A program made the position numbers and the translations under genes. The notes beneath the pieces were generated by a model that had not been told where the DNA came from, did not search any database, and saw nothing but the letters and a program-made list of their open reading frames with translations. A DNA stretch of 64,000 nt from Camelus ferus (lineage: Eukaryota): positions 78,618,001 through 78,682,000 of the forward strand of contig NC_045696.1 in the NCBI RefSeq assembly GCF_009834535.1. The letters are read 5' to 3'. Shown piece by piece: positions 51,401 through 64,000 of this stretch. How positions within the stretch are numbered: the first letter of the stretch is position 1; every line of letters begins with the position of its first letter.

Positions 51401-51699
51401 TTAAATCACAATAGAAAGCATCCTAAATTTTATTCTTTTAGAAAGGAAAGTGGAAAGAGGACAGAGAAAAAGGGTGAGGGAGGTGGAAGGAGAAAACAAG
51501 ACTGAAAGAGCAGCAGAAGAGAAACTACGTAGAGAGCAGACTATAAAACATCTTGGAAAGCAGCTTTCGTGAAAATATTTTTCAGTAAATGTAAAAGAGG
51601 TAATCAAAGTAATTTAACCTGATTGCTAATTACTGTCTCTAGAACATGTTAATTGTTGTACTGTATTTGTAAATAAGAAATAAGTATCAGTAAAATACG

Positions 51700-52400
51700 G
51701 CTTAATTACACTGCATTTCTTCCTTCACGCCTCCATTAACACCCTAATTTGGCCGGCTCCCCTTGTGCACAGATGTCCACAACGCCCTCCTAGCCAACCA
51801 TCCTGCCTCTTATTCCAGCTCAGGTTCATTTCTCCACCTACCTTCCTAATGGGATCCTCATCTCAAGAACTTACAATAGTCCACTGCCTAGGTGTAAAGT
51901 ACCCTGCCTGGCTCTGAAGGCCCTGACTCTACTTACTTCTCACATCTGTCAACGTCCCAGGACACATCCTCTGTGCCAGTCACTAATGTCTCCTTGCACT
52001 ACCAGTCTCCCTGAGATTAACTGCTGAAACCACTGACTTTAAGGCTCATGCCATTTGGTGACACCCTCCCCTCACACACACAACAAAAAAAGTTTCCTAT
52101 TTACCTCTCTTATCTACCCAAAGTCTCCTCATCTGTCATAGTCCAGCTCAAACCATATTGCCTCTGAAATGCCTTCTCTGAAAATTTCAGCTCACAGATT
52201 TAACCCTTTTCTATGACTGTCACAAACACGGTCTTCATCTCAGAATTAGCACCTATTTAAATACACCCCTATTCTCTATTTCTGTACTATACTTTAACTG
52301 CCTATCTTGTGCTCCTACAGTTGTAAACAGTTCCGTAGCAGAAAACATACTGATCTCCTCTACATTCTATAATAATTAAAATTATAAGTGGAACCTAGTA
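51700..52400 (+). mobile_element. L2 LINE fragment
   Basis: Pyrimidine-rich; 'ctcaagaacttacaatagtccactgcctagg', 'gtccagctcaaac', 'ctctgaaatgccttctctg'. Confidence 0.6.
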
Positions 52401-53975
52401 ATGCTTTTTGTTTAAAAATAGACATCTTTTTAGCATCCAGTGCATTTTCCCCCACATGCCATATACTCAGGACATGTTGAATGGTTGATTGATTAACCCA
52501 CTTCAAAAGTACTAAATAAATATATTGTACTTTTACACCTGTTAAATCCCTTGACTATTAACCCTTATGTTATTTAACCATCGCCTTTCATCTTTCTGAC
52601 CTGAGTCTGTGCTTTAGCTATACTGTCACACATTTCAATTTCTAATTTAGAAAGAAATAAATCAGTATGTAAATATTTCACAAAAGATGATTCAGATACA
52701 TGGTGATCAAAAATAATCCATTACCAGAATTCATCACCAAATTATCTTCATAATAAGCATCTCACTTCATTCCCAATTGAAATTAAATAGAATGTGGAGT
52801 GTGACATAATAGGTATCGACAGGAAAGAGTTCTTGAAAAGTTTTCTTTGAAATTCTTGCTACCCAAATGTTAATATTCTAGAAATAAACAGCCAGTAAAA
52901 GTTTGGAGTTAAAGAAGAGTGATATGGTAAGAAAGAAATGTGAGGAAAGCTTTGGTTCTCCTGTGTGCAAAATCTTACTTCTAGTAAAAGGAATATGTAT
53001 TCCCCTAAAACTGTATTATTCCAGTTTTGAGGGAGGTTGTAATTCTCCCCTTTCATCTCCATAAGGCAAAAGGTACATAAATGAGCTGCAGCTACAAAGA
53101 GAAAAAATTCTATTGAAAATTTCAAAATACCTATTATTAAGAAAACCCACATGTTAAAGTCCCTAGTTTCCAGGCAACAGGTTGGCATAAGCCACACTGT
53201 ATTGCTGAGAAAAGGCTTTGTCCTAGTGCAATAGAACTGTTTTTCTCAGTTCTTGGAAATTTGCTGAGTTACACTGGAGAAAAAGAGAAGCCAAATTGGG
53301 CATGTTAGCAGGAACAGACATTCAGTAAACAGCAACGGAACAGAGGAGATTTACACCCCTTTGTTCAGACAATTAAAAACAATTAAAGTTTTTCTCATCA
53401 ACAAGCCAGCTTCAAATGTTATCAAATTCACATGCAGTCTTCCTGCTAGCAATGTTCTTGACTACTTAGTTTCCATAGAAAACTGGGTTTTGTCTCACTT
53501 GCTCTGCAAGTTTTTTAACAATTGCCTTTGGTAACTTAAGGAGAAAATTTGGCACAGAGAATTTGTTAAAACGTACATGAAGTCTGCCTGCCAAGGTACT
53601 GGTACAGAACAGGTGCTGTCCGAGTCAGAAGGTGGAAGCGAAAGAAGGAAACCAGCAGACGGAATGAGCATAGGAAATGACCCCGAAACAGGGCAGCCGG
53701 CGCCTCCTACTGTTCCCACCACCTGGCCCAGCCAGAGCCAGCCCTCTGCCAGTTGTCCGGCTCCCAGTCGTTTACACATCCCACTGGCAGGCCTGGCCAC
53801 CTCGTCTGCCTTTCTTTTTTATTTTTTTTTTTTTTAATTTCTTTCTCTTAATAAGAGAGTTTATTTTGCCAACTTTTGATTCACTTCCCTACTCCAGATA
53901 TATAAAGGAGTTAGTGGTGTTTCTGATTTGTTTGAGCTCTTTTACAGTAAAGAAAATGATCGTTTTTGTCATTAT

Positions 53976-53998
53976 ACACACACACACACACACACACA
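53976..53998. repeat. (CA)n microsatellite
   Basis: About 11 AC units seen directly. Confidence 0.9.
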
Positions 53999-54389
53999 TA
54001 TATGATAAAGTATACAGGATTTGGGGCTGATTTCCTCGGGCTCTTTTTTACATTAAAGGAAGTAATCAAGTTTTCATTTCACTTGTTAAAAATTCATACT
54101 TGCAATTTAAAGACAGAGGATCATACTTTCGCTAAAATCCTTTAGAAGGATTATGAGGACATTTAGAAGGCCTTTGTGGTTCAACTTTGATCTCTTTATT
54201 AGCGTTATTTCACCTAGACCAGCTTTAGCCTAGAGGCAGGGCTGCTGAACTGAGATCAGATACCAAGAGTTAGTTTAGACCAAGTGTTGACCTTGGTGTA
54301 GGGAAGGCAGTTCCTACACTAAATGTTCCTAAAATGAAGTCCTTAGTGCTCAATGTGACTGTGTGTTATGAAACCCTAGGCAATTGATT

Positions 54390-54897
54390 AGTAGGGGAGG
54401 AAATGTTTATTTTTTCCTTCTGCCCATCTTTGGCTCATTGGTTGGAGCCCTATAAATTAGACTGACAAAAGACAGATTAACAAGAGGAAAACAAACAGAA
54501 ATTCATTAACATGTGCATTAGGCATACACAAGGCACACTCAGAGAGGGGGAGGACCCAAAGGGATGGCTGGAATTTGGGGTCTACACACCTAATTCACGA
54601 GAGAAAAAGGAGCGGGAGAAAGGGCACGTACAGAAAAGCAAATGACACCTCGGAAACATAAATTTAGGATCCTAGGAGAGTAGGTGGGGGACATTTTAGT
54701 CTTATGATGAAGTCTGTTTGGGTGTGATGAGATTACATACAGTTGCTCTGCAGAAGATTTAATGACTTTTGAATTCTTTTGGGACGCTCTGCTTTTAGGC
54801 AGATAAGGGATTTCAGAAAGTAAATACATTCTGCTCAAAATCAAGTCCAATGCCAAAGAGCCATATTTTGGTTGGCATATCTTGATTTTTCACAACA
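54390..54897 (-). mobile_element. Solo ERV1 LTR, MER34/MER31-like
   Basis: Reverse complement begins 'tgttgtgaaaaatcaagatatgccaaccaaaatatggctctttggca' and includes 'ccttatctgcctaaaagcag'. The + strand carries 'aaattagactgacaaaagacagattaacaagaggaaa'. Confidence 0.8.
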
Positions 54898-56329
54898 TTC
54901 CCCAGTTCTACTGCTCTCATTTCTGCATCTTTTCTACTGTCATTACATTTTGTTTAATTTGGCTATTTTTAACCTATATTTTGACTGATAGCAAGCCAGA
55001 TAAACATCCACTATTCCAAAACATTAGGCAGCAATTCTTTGAGAACTGCCTCTTCTTCACTTAGTAAAATGCTAACATCATCCTATGGACAACAGGTTAC
55101 TCCAAGGCTGAGAGATTCTCTGTGCAATTTGGCATCCTTGTTCATATTTTCTTTATCACCTAAATATTGTATATAGTTTGGTTTTATTTTGAATGTCCAA
55201 CCAAAATTATTGGGTTTACTGAAACTGCCAGTTTGTGTCTATCCTTGGGCTGCTAAAAAGACATGAGAGTATCTTCTACTCCGTGCAGCCTTGGGTGAGT
55301 GTCTTAAGCCCTTCCAAAATTTTATGTGGTAACACCAAAAAAAAAAAAAACCAGTTAACAGAAATACCCCACTGGTCTCAAAGTCAATCTGGCTGCAAGG
55401 TGACCATAAGACAATACATTTTCAAATAATAACCCCAGAAATGCTGGTCAAAGCAAAGTCTCTAGAATAGACAATTTTACAGTGGAAAGAAATATAGAAT
55501 CCACTTTTAGAGCCGAATCCAAAGTGTCCACACTATACAATAATGTACACTATTAACTTTGTGATTTGTAAATCACCATATTCTTAAAGGGCTTCTCATT
55601 AATTTTCTTACAAAACAAGTGAACTTTATCTGCTTGATACAGTATCTTACAACATATGATTAATTTAATGATAGCTATCATTTCATCTTTCTCATTACAA
55701 AAGAAAGCTTTTATAATTTATTTTGACTATACCATTTTCTACAGTTAAATAAATAAAACTTGGATATATTAATTATTTCTCCATTTACTAAAAATCATTT
55801 TCTTCACTTATTCTTAGTTTTCTTCAAATCTTTTTTTATGTTTTTCAAGAGAATTTACTGACACACCATTTTTTATTTACAAGTTGATACATTATTGTTT
55901 ATTTTAAAAATTGCATATCATATTGATTTTGGTGGAGTCCCCTTACTATGAATCGAAAGTAAAGAGGAGATGTGGAAAGCAATTTTGCCATTTGTGGCAA
56001 CTGAGCAAGGAAAAAAGAGTATATGGTTTTAAGTAGTCATCTTTGAGAGGAGCCTCTGTGAAGTCAACCTATCCATTTTCCAGTTTTACATTTGATCCGG
56101 TCGTCCCATACTATAAACACTGAAAGTCTACTATGTGCAAAGTACTGCAATAGATCCTGGGGAAATAAGGTGCATTAGCCCAGGTCTTTGCTCACAGACC
56201 TTATATTCTAGGAAATGTATTCTATTTATATAGGTATGAAGGAGGAAGAATGGCCTGCTTTCCTGGTTATTAGATATAGGACGCTGGCACTGTGAGAATT
56301 TGATCCGTCTGATTTGAAGACAATGTCCA

Positions 56330-56770
56330 ATATCAGATGAAGTCTTTCCAGTTTAATTGCCGCTGTTCACAGTTTATATCTGAATTCCTTGATATGGTTC
56401 ATAAGGACATTCATGATCTGCCCCTTCCTTAGCTATTTACATACCTCCCTATCTTAAATACTTCAGATACCATAAACTACATTGTAACCGAAGTTTAATA
56501 TTCTTCCACCTTCCACTGCCACATCACATCCTGAGCATTCATCCCTAGCCTGGCTCAGATGCTTACCTCATTTCTCATTTGGTACCCCATGCTTATCCCA
56601 ATTGTTTTCACTCGTCACATGATGTTACACTTGCCTATTTTCTTAACTGATTGCCACTAGACAGTAGGCTCTTGGGAAGCATATACATATTCATCACTAC
56701 CACGTCCTCGATGTAAAGTAGTTTGTGCTTAATAGGTGCTCATAAATATTTGTTGAATGAATGAGTGAAT
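56330..56770 (+). mobile_element. L2 3' end
   Basis: 'ccactagacagtaggctcttgg', 'ataggtgctcataaatatttgttgaatgaatgagtgaat'. Confidence 0.8.
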
Positions 56771-57564
56771 TGCTTCACCTTCTTGTTTTCCACGAGAAAC
56801 AGAATATTGCTAATTGGTCCATTCCATTATCTTTCAAGTAGAAAGCTAAATAATATCAAACAATGGCATTATCTATAACTAATTATACTGGTTAAAATCT
56901 CTTAAAGTATAATTAAATGAATATTTACTTCCCTTTAATTTAATAAGCACAATAAAAATAACAACCATTAGCAATTTCTAATTAGTTGCTTTTTTTTTCA
57001 AATCCATATTAACTTAGAATTCAAATACCACTGTGATCCATTTATATAAGCTACTTCGTATAATTGTGTAGCATAGTGTATGGCTCAGAGTACGTTCTCA
57101 GTAATGTCCGCATGATGGCAGTAGTGCTAGTAGACTAGTTTATGGTGACAGTAATAACAAATGTGTATCAACAATGTTATATACAAATTATATGAAAGAC
57201 ATATATCCAAGATAAAGAAAGAGTGATAAAAATTAGACATCTATTTCAAAATGTAGGAAAAGCATAACCATATATCTTCTTTACAAGTAATATTGCTATT
57301 AACATTATTATTACATTAAGCATGATAATAACAAACCGTTGTATTAGGGAAGAGAATGTGAAATGTGATCGCATAATTTTATAGTGCTCCATAAGGTACG
57401 GAATAATTCTCTCTAATGTCCAAAAATGTAAGTAAATGATATTGACATCTAAATGCTATTTGACAATGATAGCAGTTACAGAGAAAAAGAGAGAAAAAAG
57501 GTTTTCTCTAACTGCTCAGACCATTTTACAAATATTTATAAAAAGTCACCAATAGAGGGCTTAC

Positions 57565-57627
57565 CTGGGGTCAAACGAAAGAGGCCCTAAACCATCAAAA
57601 GCTATTTCCAATGTCCAGCTGGGAGAT
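57565..57627 (-). other. Candidate 63-nt cassette exon (unverified; possibly coding, phase 2-2)
   Basis: ctgtctttgttactctctgctttag|ATCTCC...ACCCCAG|gtaagc. Strong sites in non-repeat sequence; a single open frame (SPSWTLEIAFDGLGPLSFDP). I do not recognise the protein. Confidence 0.45.
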
Positions 57628-58519
57628 CTAAAGCAGAGAGTAACAAAGACAGTTTGTGACAAAGCTGACACACAGTATTCTGGAAGGAGTGAAATCAATC
57701 GTGACATTTTTCATTTATTTGTAAATGCCTCTTTGGCAGTACACTCACTCAAAACGACAGTTGCTTCTTACAGAATAGGGGAGGTGATGGTAAAATAGAG
57801 GAACCCTGACAGTTGCTCTAATGAGATTCTGCATTAGAGCTGCTCTCACTCTTTCCCCCAACAAGGAGCTTGCCCTTCATCTTCAATATCATAACTCAGT
57901 AATTTGGAAAACCAGTCAGTCCTTAATAGCCATTGCTCAGTTTATTTTCCTCTTATCTTTCAATTAGAAGAAAACATTCTAAAGCAAGTATCTAAATAAA
58001 CGTCAGCCATGTAGGCCAATTAAGGGCTTTTATTTATTATTTATTTTTATTAAAACAGCACTATTTATATTAAAAACAGCAACGTGGAGTGTGACGGAAC
58101 AACTTAAGACACACTCCCCAGTAACTCAATCTTTGTTTGGAAATATCAAGTACAATATAAGCTACATCTTAAAAGGCTTTAATTTTTTTATACTTTATAT
58201 TTCATATTTTAATATGTTCTTCTGGAAAAGAAAATTATTCTCAGGGTAGTTTCACTGGTCTTTAAAATTTGAGTAACTCCATATTAAGCATCTAAAGATT
58301 TCCCTTCATTTATTCATTCAGTTGTTCTTTGACCATATGTTAAGTGCTTGGTGCAGCTGCAAAGCAACTAGCCTAAACCCACTTCTTAAAAAAATGTAAA
58401 TTATACCGTGCAGGGAAAATGCAGTTTAACCCAGGGTGAGCCCAGCACCTATCACCTATTAGTCAACCAATAGGTATTTGCTGAACTGGTAAACTGCACA
58501 AAATCAAATCTCTGTGCAT

Positions 58520-58780
58520 TGCAAAATGAAAAGAACGTGCATTTTGGCATTTCATGGTATTAGGGGTTCAAATTCTAGATCCCAGAGAAATGAACTAATT
58601 AAGGGACCTCAGAGAAGTAACAAGCTCTCTGGGTTCCAATTTCCTTATCTATGAAGTAGAGCTAGTACTATTTACTGCATGTGATTTCTGTAATGATTAA
58701 ATAAACTTCGGGGCAGGAATAAAGCACCTAACACAGTTCCTGGCTCTTGGTATGTTGTTAATAAATGGTAGCTATTATAA
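58520..58780 (+). mobile_element. MIR SINE
   Basis: 'gggttcaaattctag', 'ctctctgggttccaatttccttatctatgaagt', 'taaagcacctaacacagttcctggc', 'taataaatggtagctatt'. Confidence 0.8.
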
Positions 58781-59255
58781 TTACAAAGCTTTACCTTGAC
58801 CAAGACAAATGACATATTTCTCAAATATAACAAGGACAAAAGTAGCAACAAACAGTAGAAGGAGGAAACTCTGACTGTCAGGATACTGTTAAAAGAGCTT
58901 TAGTTCTACTCTTCCACCAACAGCCTCTTTGAAATTCAGGTCTCTCATCACAAAAATGGGCCGAACATTTCTACCTTTACATAAAACCCCTTCTCAGCTT
59001 GGCTATGAAGGCTGTCTGGGTATTTAAGTACCCTAATACCATACATTCTTGGAAAACGTCCAGTGACTATGGCAGTGAGCATCATTTCAGGTTGGTAAAT
59101 CAACTGTGGTCTAAGATTTTGTGTTGGTAGCCTTCCCCTGCTGGCCAATGGCTAATTTTTTGGTAACGTTCAGTAGAGATGGAAAACTGCTTGAACACCC
59201 AAATGTGTGCAGGCTCATGGTTTTTGTTTCCTTATTCTATCCTGTTTACCTAGAG

Positions 59256-59407
59256 CAGTGGTACTTAAGCTTAGTTACACATTAAAATCACCAGAAGGAT
59301 TTTTGTGAAATGCTCATATCTATGTGAAACCCAGTACAATTAAATCAAAATATTTTTAAAAAGATCTCCAGGTAATGTTAATGCGCAGCTAGGGTTTAGA
59401 ACCGCTG
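59256..59407. mobile_element. MER5B-like hAT-Charlie element
   Basis: Termini 'cagtggtacttaag' and 'tttagaaccgctg'; 'cacattaaaatcacc', 'ctccaggtaatgttaatgcgcagc'. Confidence 0.75.
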
Positions 59408-59435
59408 GCCTGATGTCTGACGTTCTGCTTCTCCA

Positions 59436-59970
59436 GTGGACACTGCTGGCTTTTAACCCGAGTCCTTTTCCCCTCTTGTTTGCTAGGCAGAGCCCTGATT
59501 CATCTTAGGTGCCTATCTTTTTTCCCAAGCAACTCTGGGGAGGATGACTTGTGCCCAGAATCATGACAGCCCTGATTAGGCTCAGCCAATCAAAGTGAAC
59601 TCACTTCCTTTGCCAGGCATTGATTTGAAGGTATCTATGTTACCCATATCTAGCCAACAAGATGGAAGGACAGGTGTCCTGGGGGCTTCCAGCAAAGTTT
59701 TCTACCCTCCTAACAAAATATTTTTTCTTCTGCTGTTGAATACAGATATAACGTCTAGAACTGCTTTAGTCATCTTGTGAGTATGGAGGACATTGGTCTG
59801 AGGTCAAAGCTAGCATCTTGAGGATAGCAGAGCAGAAGGATAGAAAAAAATAGCCTCTGTGACAATGTCATTCAGCTACTGAATAATCTGTCCCACTTCT
59901 GGAACTGTCATGTAAAATAAATTCAAATAACATCAAAGTACTTTGATCTTATGTAGCACCCCAAATGATA
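59436..59970 (+). mobile_element. MLT1 (ERVL-MaLR) solo LTR, J/K-like
   Basis: 'ggctcagccaatca', 'tctagaactgctttagtcatcttgtga', 'gaggatagcagagcagaaggataga', 'cccacttctggaact'. Confidence 0.75.
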
Positions 59971-62900
59971 TTAAACAAAAAAGCTATATCCCAAGCTTCA
60001 GTTTAGCTCAAAATTTTTTCATTGTTTATATTTTGAAATATGTTATGAACTAGAGTGAAAAATGTCCATTTTTCTTGCAAACTAATGTCTTAGTTTTATT
60101 TAAATGGCTTTATAGTACTTATTTTTACTAAATTATATTGGGTAATATATAATAGACATAAATTTAATAGCAGATTCTGTCAAATATTTTTAAGAAGTAC
60201 TAATTGGTTCTAATTTTTATATACATAAACAATATGCATTATTAAAATATATTTTCTAAAGCATATATATTAATACATGCATGTATTTGCCTTTTTAAAT
60301 TGCTGCCAACAATACAGTGGTTAAAGTGAAGAAAAATGAGTTTTTTAATAGCTAACCACAACAATCCCATCTTTTCCTAATAACTTTACTTTTCCTTTTG
60401 ATTGATTCTGTGTATAACTTGCATTTCTTGCAAGTAGTCAGTTTTACTATCAAAGGTCCATATTATAATTCTGGTTCCAAATGTCCTCTCTTTTACTGAA
60501 GCAGTAATTTTCTGACCCAGAGAATACTAGGGATACTTTGGAATGATGCCTTACTGTCAACCACACAGTTGGAATGAGATTAAAAGGGATTTGATCCAAG
60601 ATCTACTATGGAGTTTTAAAGTGGCATACACTGTAATCATCATGCTCCAATTTGACAATTTAAATCTGCTTACTTTTAAACTCTCTAAGTTTTTTTTGTG
60701 TTGCTTCTCTCTCTCTCCATCCCATCTGCAATTTCTGTATTACCTATTCAATATTAAAGAAAAATCACCAGAACTTTTGCAGGAAGGGGCAAACTAGACT
60801 ACCCTTGGCAGATGGTATCTGCTAGGTAGAGATGACAACAACAGGTATTAGGCGTCTTAGCCCCTGGGAGGCAGCAGAGATGATCAGATGGGGAAAACAG
60901 GAAGTGGGGTTGGTGGAGGGCTCCATGGTGTGATCTTTTTCCCATCCAACCTGCCAAATCTTCAACTAATTTATAAATTTATAACTGTCATGGCATGCTT
61001 AATGTGATGGATTTCTTGTGAAAGACAGTAGGATATATAGTTTGGTGCAGGACCAAGTGAGTAAAAAAGGCTAAGCAAGTTCAATGAAGAAGGGAAAGAA
61101 TGCTGGGACAAAAAGAGTCTGGGCAGAAATTCTGAGAACACTCCCCTCCCCAGAACAGATCAGGGTGTGAAATGGGCACTCAAGCCAATCCTCCTTCAGT
61201 AGCTTTGGAAACCTTAAAGTATATTTCTGTTTCCCTCATTATTCTATGAGCTCCTGAGAACAGTACTGTCTGCCTTTTACTCTTTGAACCATACAGAACT
61301 CAATAAATGAATTTGATTTGGGTGGGAGAGCTCCGCTAAAAAGGGAATTTGTCCCTGCTACTCCCAAATTTAGGCAAGCTCTAGACCCAGCTTTGCTTTT
61401 CTATTCATTATTATCAAGACTGACTTCCTGATAGTGCTGGGAACTTGGCAGAGCTGAAAATCCCATGGGTGCTTTGTTCAGGATCAAATCTGCATCTCCA
61501 GATCACACACTGCTTTGTAGAGGACCTAGGATAGCTTCTACCCCTCAAGCCCTGCTCATAACACAGTTCCCAACAGCTACTACTAGTTAAGGGTAAGAAA
61601 GGTTCCAAAAATGTGGTCTGTTTCCCTGAACTTCAGCTGGAGCTCCAACTTCCATTCCAGGTGTCTTTTCTATTCTGTAAAAGGTGGGAGCTTCTAAGGT
61701 CATAATAATGGATCTGCACACTAAAAATTTATAAGCAGTCCTGTCTGTCTTCAAGCCTCCTCTCCAAAGACAGGTACCTGTCATCATCCCTGCAGGAACT
61801 TCCACAAAGTAGAAGCTTAATAAATGCCTGGGGTGTTGAACTAAATTATAAATGAAGTACCTATTGTTTGCTCTGTTTTTATTTATAATATAACTATCCT
61901 TAGATAATGAATTCACCTAGCTTCTGGAGCATTAGAGTACAACAATTAGGATCAGATATTTTATTTCAAAAGTTCAAAATCCACATTGGTCTTTAAAAAG
62001 TTCTACAATTTTTAAGAGGAATTTAATATTTTAAAGTTTATTTCTGGAGGCAAGCCTTTATTTCTTGTGAATACCATTTCATTCATAGAAATATATGAGA
62101 TGTCTTAAGAACCACTGGTATTTCAATTGTAAATATTAAGGAAAGTTGCATTACAAGGCAGACAGGTAATCCTGAGGCCCAGCAGAGCAATAATGATTAA
62201 CAACACACTCTAGAGGGAATATAAATTTTAAAACTATCACTCATAAAAATCCATGTTCCAAAGGTTACAAAACAGAATCAAGTTTACCAAAAAGCAAATA
62301 AATCATTTTGTTTTGGGTTTCCTTGTTCCATCTCCAATTTTTAAATAATCAGCATCATCTCCCCAGAGCACATAAACTATACTTACTTGCAAATGAACTA
62401 CAGAAAAAGTTCTAAAATCCCTACAGTGAACTCTCTCACTGGATCCTGCTCCTAGTAACGTCCATTCCCAGTGTTTATTCAAATTTATTTTTAAAAAGAG
62501 AAAGGAGACTTTAGGGAGGTGTCCGTTACATGGATTTTATTTGTTGATGATAATGATGATGCACAGTCCTTTTCACAAGATCACATGAGTTAGAGAATAA
62601 CCCCACCATCATTCTTGCACTGATCAGAACTCTTTTTGACTACTGATCTCAATTCTGGATTCTAAACTAAGAGAAAACTAAAATAATCCAAAAAAAAAAA
62701 AATAATAAAAGCAGAAAGTCATGGAAATAATGACATCAATAAATAGGTTTCTTTTTATTGATGCTAGTAAGAACTAGATGATTTCATGATAGCTCATTCA
62801 TTTTAATGCTTTTTAATACCCATAATTTGACATCTTTTTTTTCAGGTTGCATGAACAATGTAAGTCAGTGTGCTTAACCTCAATAAACTGCTTCAGCAAA

Positions 62901-63218
62901 TAAGTTTCACAAAATAAGGTGATTATACAAGAGATGAATCAATTGTCCGTTCAATATTTTAAAAGTCACATTTCCTACTTTGTATGTTTGTGACATGTTA
63001 CATTTTATATTAGGCTATTCCTAATGCTAAGCATTCTATGGGAATTTAAAATCTAAATGAAAAGGAAAAGACTAATACATGAAACAGGAGTCATATTTAA
63101 ATCAGTACTATTGATGTGCTTAGGAAAACCTAGTTAAGAAAAGTAATCTTTCCTGCAGAGAAAGTAAGAACCATGGAGCTGGAATAAGCTTCATGTTTGT
63201 ATTTAGATCTGCCTACTT

Positions 63219-63448
63219 CAAAGATTGGCTAACTTTTTTTCTGTAAAGGTCCAGATAATAAAGATTTTTGACTTTGCTGGACATACGGTCTCTGTTGCAG
63301 CTATTCAGTTTTGCTGCTGCAATGTGAAGCAGCCACAGGCAATATGTAAACAAATGTGCATGGCTGTGTATGTTCCAATAAAACTTTATTTATGAAAACA
63401 GCTGGACGACCAGATGTGGCCTGCGGGACGTAACTTGACAAGTCCTCA
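63219..63448 (+). mobile_element. MER58A (hAT-Charlie) DNA transposon
   Basis: 'ttttctgtaaaggtccagataataaaga', 'catacggtctctgttgcagcta', 'gttccaataaaactttattta'. Degenerate 8-bp TSD gcctactt/gtctagtt. Confidence 0.9.
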
Positions 63449-64000
63449 GTCTAGTTCATCATTTTGAGAAGTTATGCGTTCCATTTTCAATATGAAAAAG
63501 AAAGCAAGAAAGGGACTAAGGCCAGGTGGAATTTTTATAGATACACTCTGAAATCCGAGAACATCAAACACTTATATTTGAATATAATTTCAATAAAATA
63601 TGATGGATGTTTTTATCAGCCATAGTTCTACTTTATCCATGCAAATTCCTCCCTCCATTAGGACAGATTCTTTAGAATCTGCCAACTAGACAAAGCTCTT
63701 CCTAAGCTTCCTGCCATTGAATTTCCTTGGCAACTGAGATAGTTTTGACAAAACAGTCTGCACATCAAATTTTGACAATTAAAAGCTTAATTACATTTTT
63801 AAAATAAAAATTAAAGACCTTTTACTATCACACAGATGTGTCCCAATTTTCTACCTCTTTCCTAGAAACCCAATATTTCACTCACTACATTAGAAAGTAG
63901 AACAGAACAAAATTATTAAATACCAGTACCCTTAAGCATCATGAAAACTTCCTTTCCCGCCATCCTACATCATGAAATGTATCACAACACATTCAAAATT

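Larger units (their letters stand above)
1..64000 (-). other. Probable intronic region of a large, unidentified minus-strand gene
   Basis: Inference: the + strand is visibly A-rich, most L1 fragments lie on + (the usual antisense bias inside genes), and most of the best acceptor/donor pairs are on -. No long ORF or CpG-island promoter is present. Confidence 0.55.

Noticed and set aside
53811..53975. Minus-strand AATAAA about 25 nt before an A-tract, as a processed-pseudogene tail
   Set aside because: I found no TSD and no recognisable parent sequence.
748..61916. All ORFs in the supplied six-frame track as stand-alone genes
   Set aside because: All are 124 aa or shorter, many start at non-ATG codons, many lie inside repeats or low-complexity DNA, and none resembles a protein I recognise.
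62846..62859. Plus-strand 14-nt microexon-like motif (ttttcag|GTTGCATGAACAAT|gtaagt)
   Set aside because: It is on the opposite strand to the inferred host gene, frame-shifting and isolated.
1..64000. CRISPR arrays, operons, tRNA/rRNA/snRNA genes or any prokaryote-type system
   Set aside because: The sequence is mammalian repeat-laden DNA. I saw no regularly spaced repeat-spacer array and no recognisable structural RNA gene.

Overview
AT-rich, CpG-poor eutherian mammal genomic DNA. It is probably cetartiodactyl, and a young L1 3' end at ~23.9-24.4 kb looks camelid-type. I saw no Alu, B1, Bov-tA, PRE-1 or SINEC elements. The window reads as the interior of a very long intron, or a run of introns, of a gene on the minus strand: the + strand is A-rich, most L1 fragments are on +, and most of the best splice-site pairs are on -. 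Much of it is old interspersed repeat (MIR, L2, L1M/HAL1, MER68, MER34-like and MLT1 LTRs, MER5/MER58/MER63/MER2 DNA transposons) plus microsatellites. I could not identify any protein-coding gene or RNA gene, and none of the listed ORFs looks genuine. I did not find a new biological system. The most interesting items are a recursive-splice-site-like polypyrimidine-AG|GTAAG motif (~13.26 kb), a few exon-like minus-strand segments (best 57565-57627), a twin-primed 5'-inverted L1 with target-site duplication (TSD), a four-layer nested transposon stack, a micro-inversion inside an L1, a pre-miRNA/MITE-like hairpin, and several CpG-retaining non-repeat patches that may be enhancers. Repeat family names come from my recall of consensus sequences, not from a database search, and repeat boundaries are approximate.
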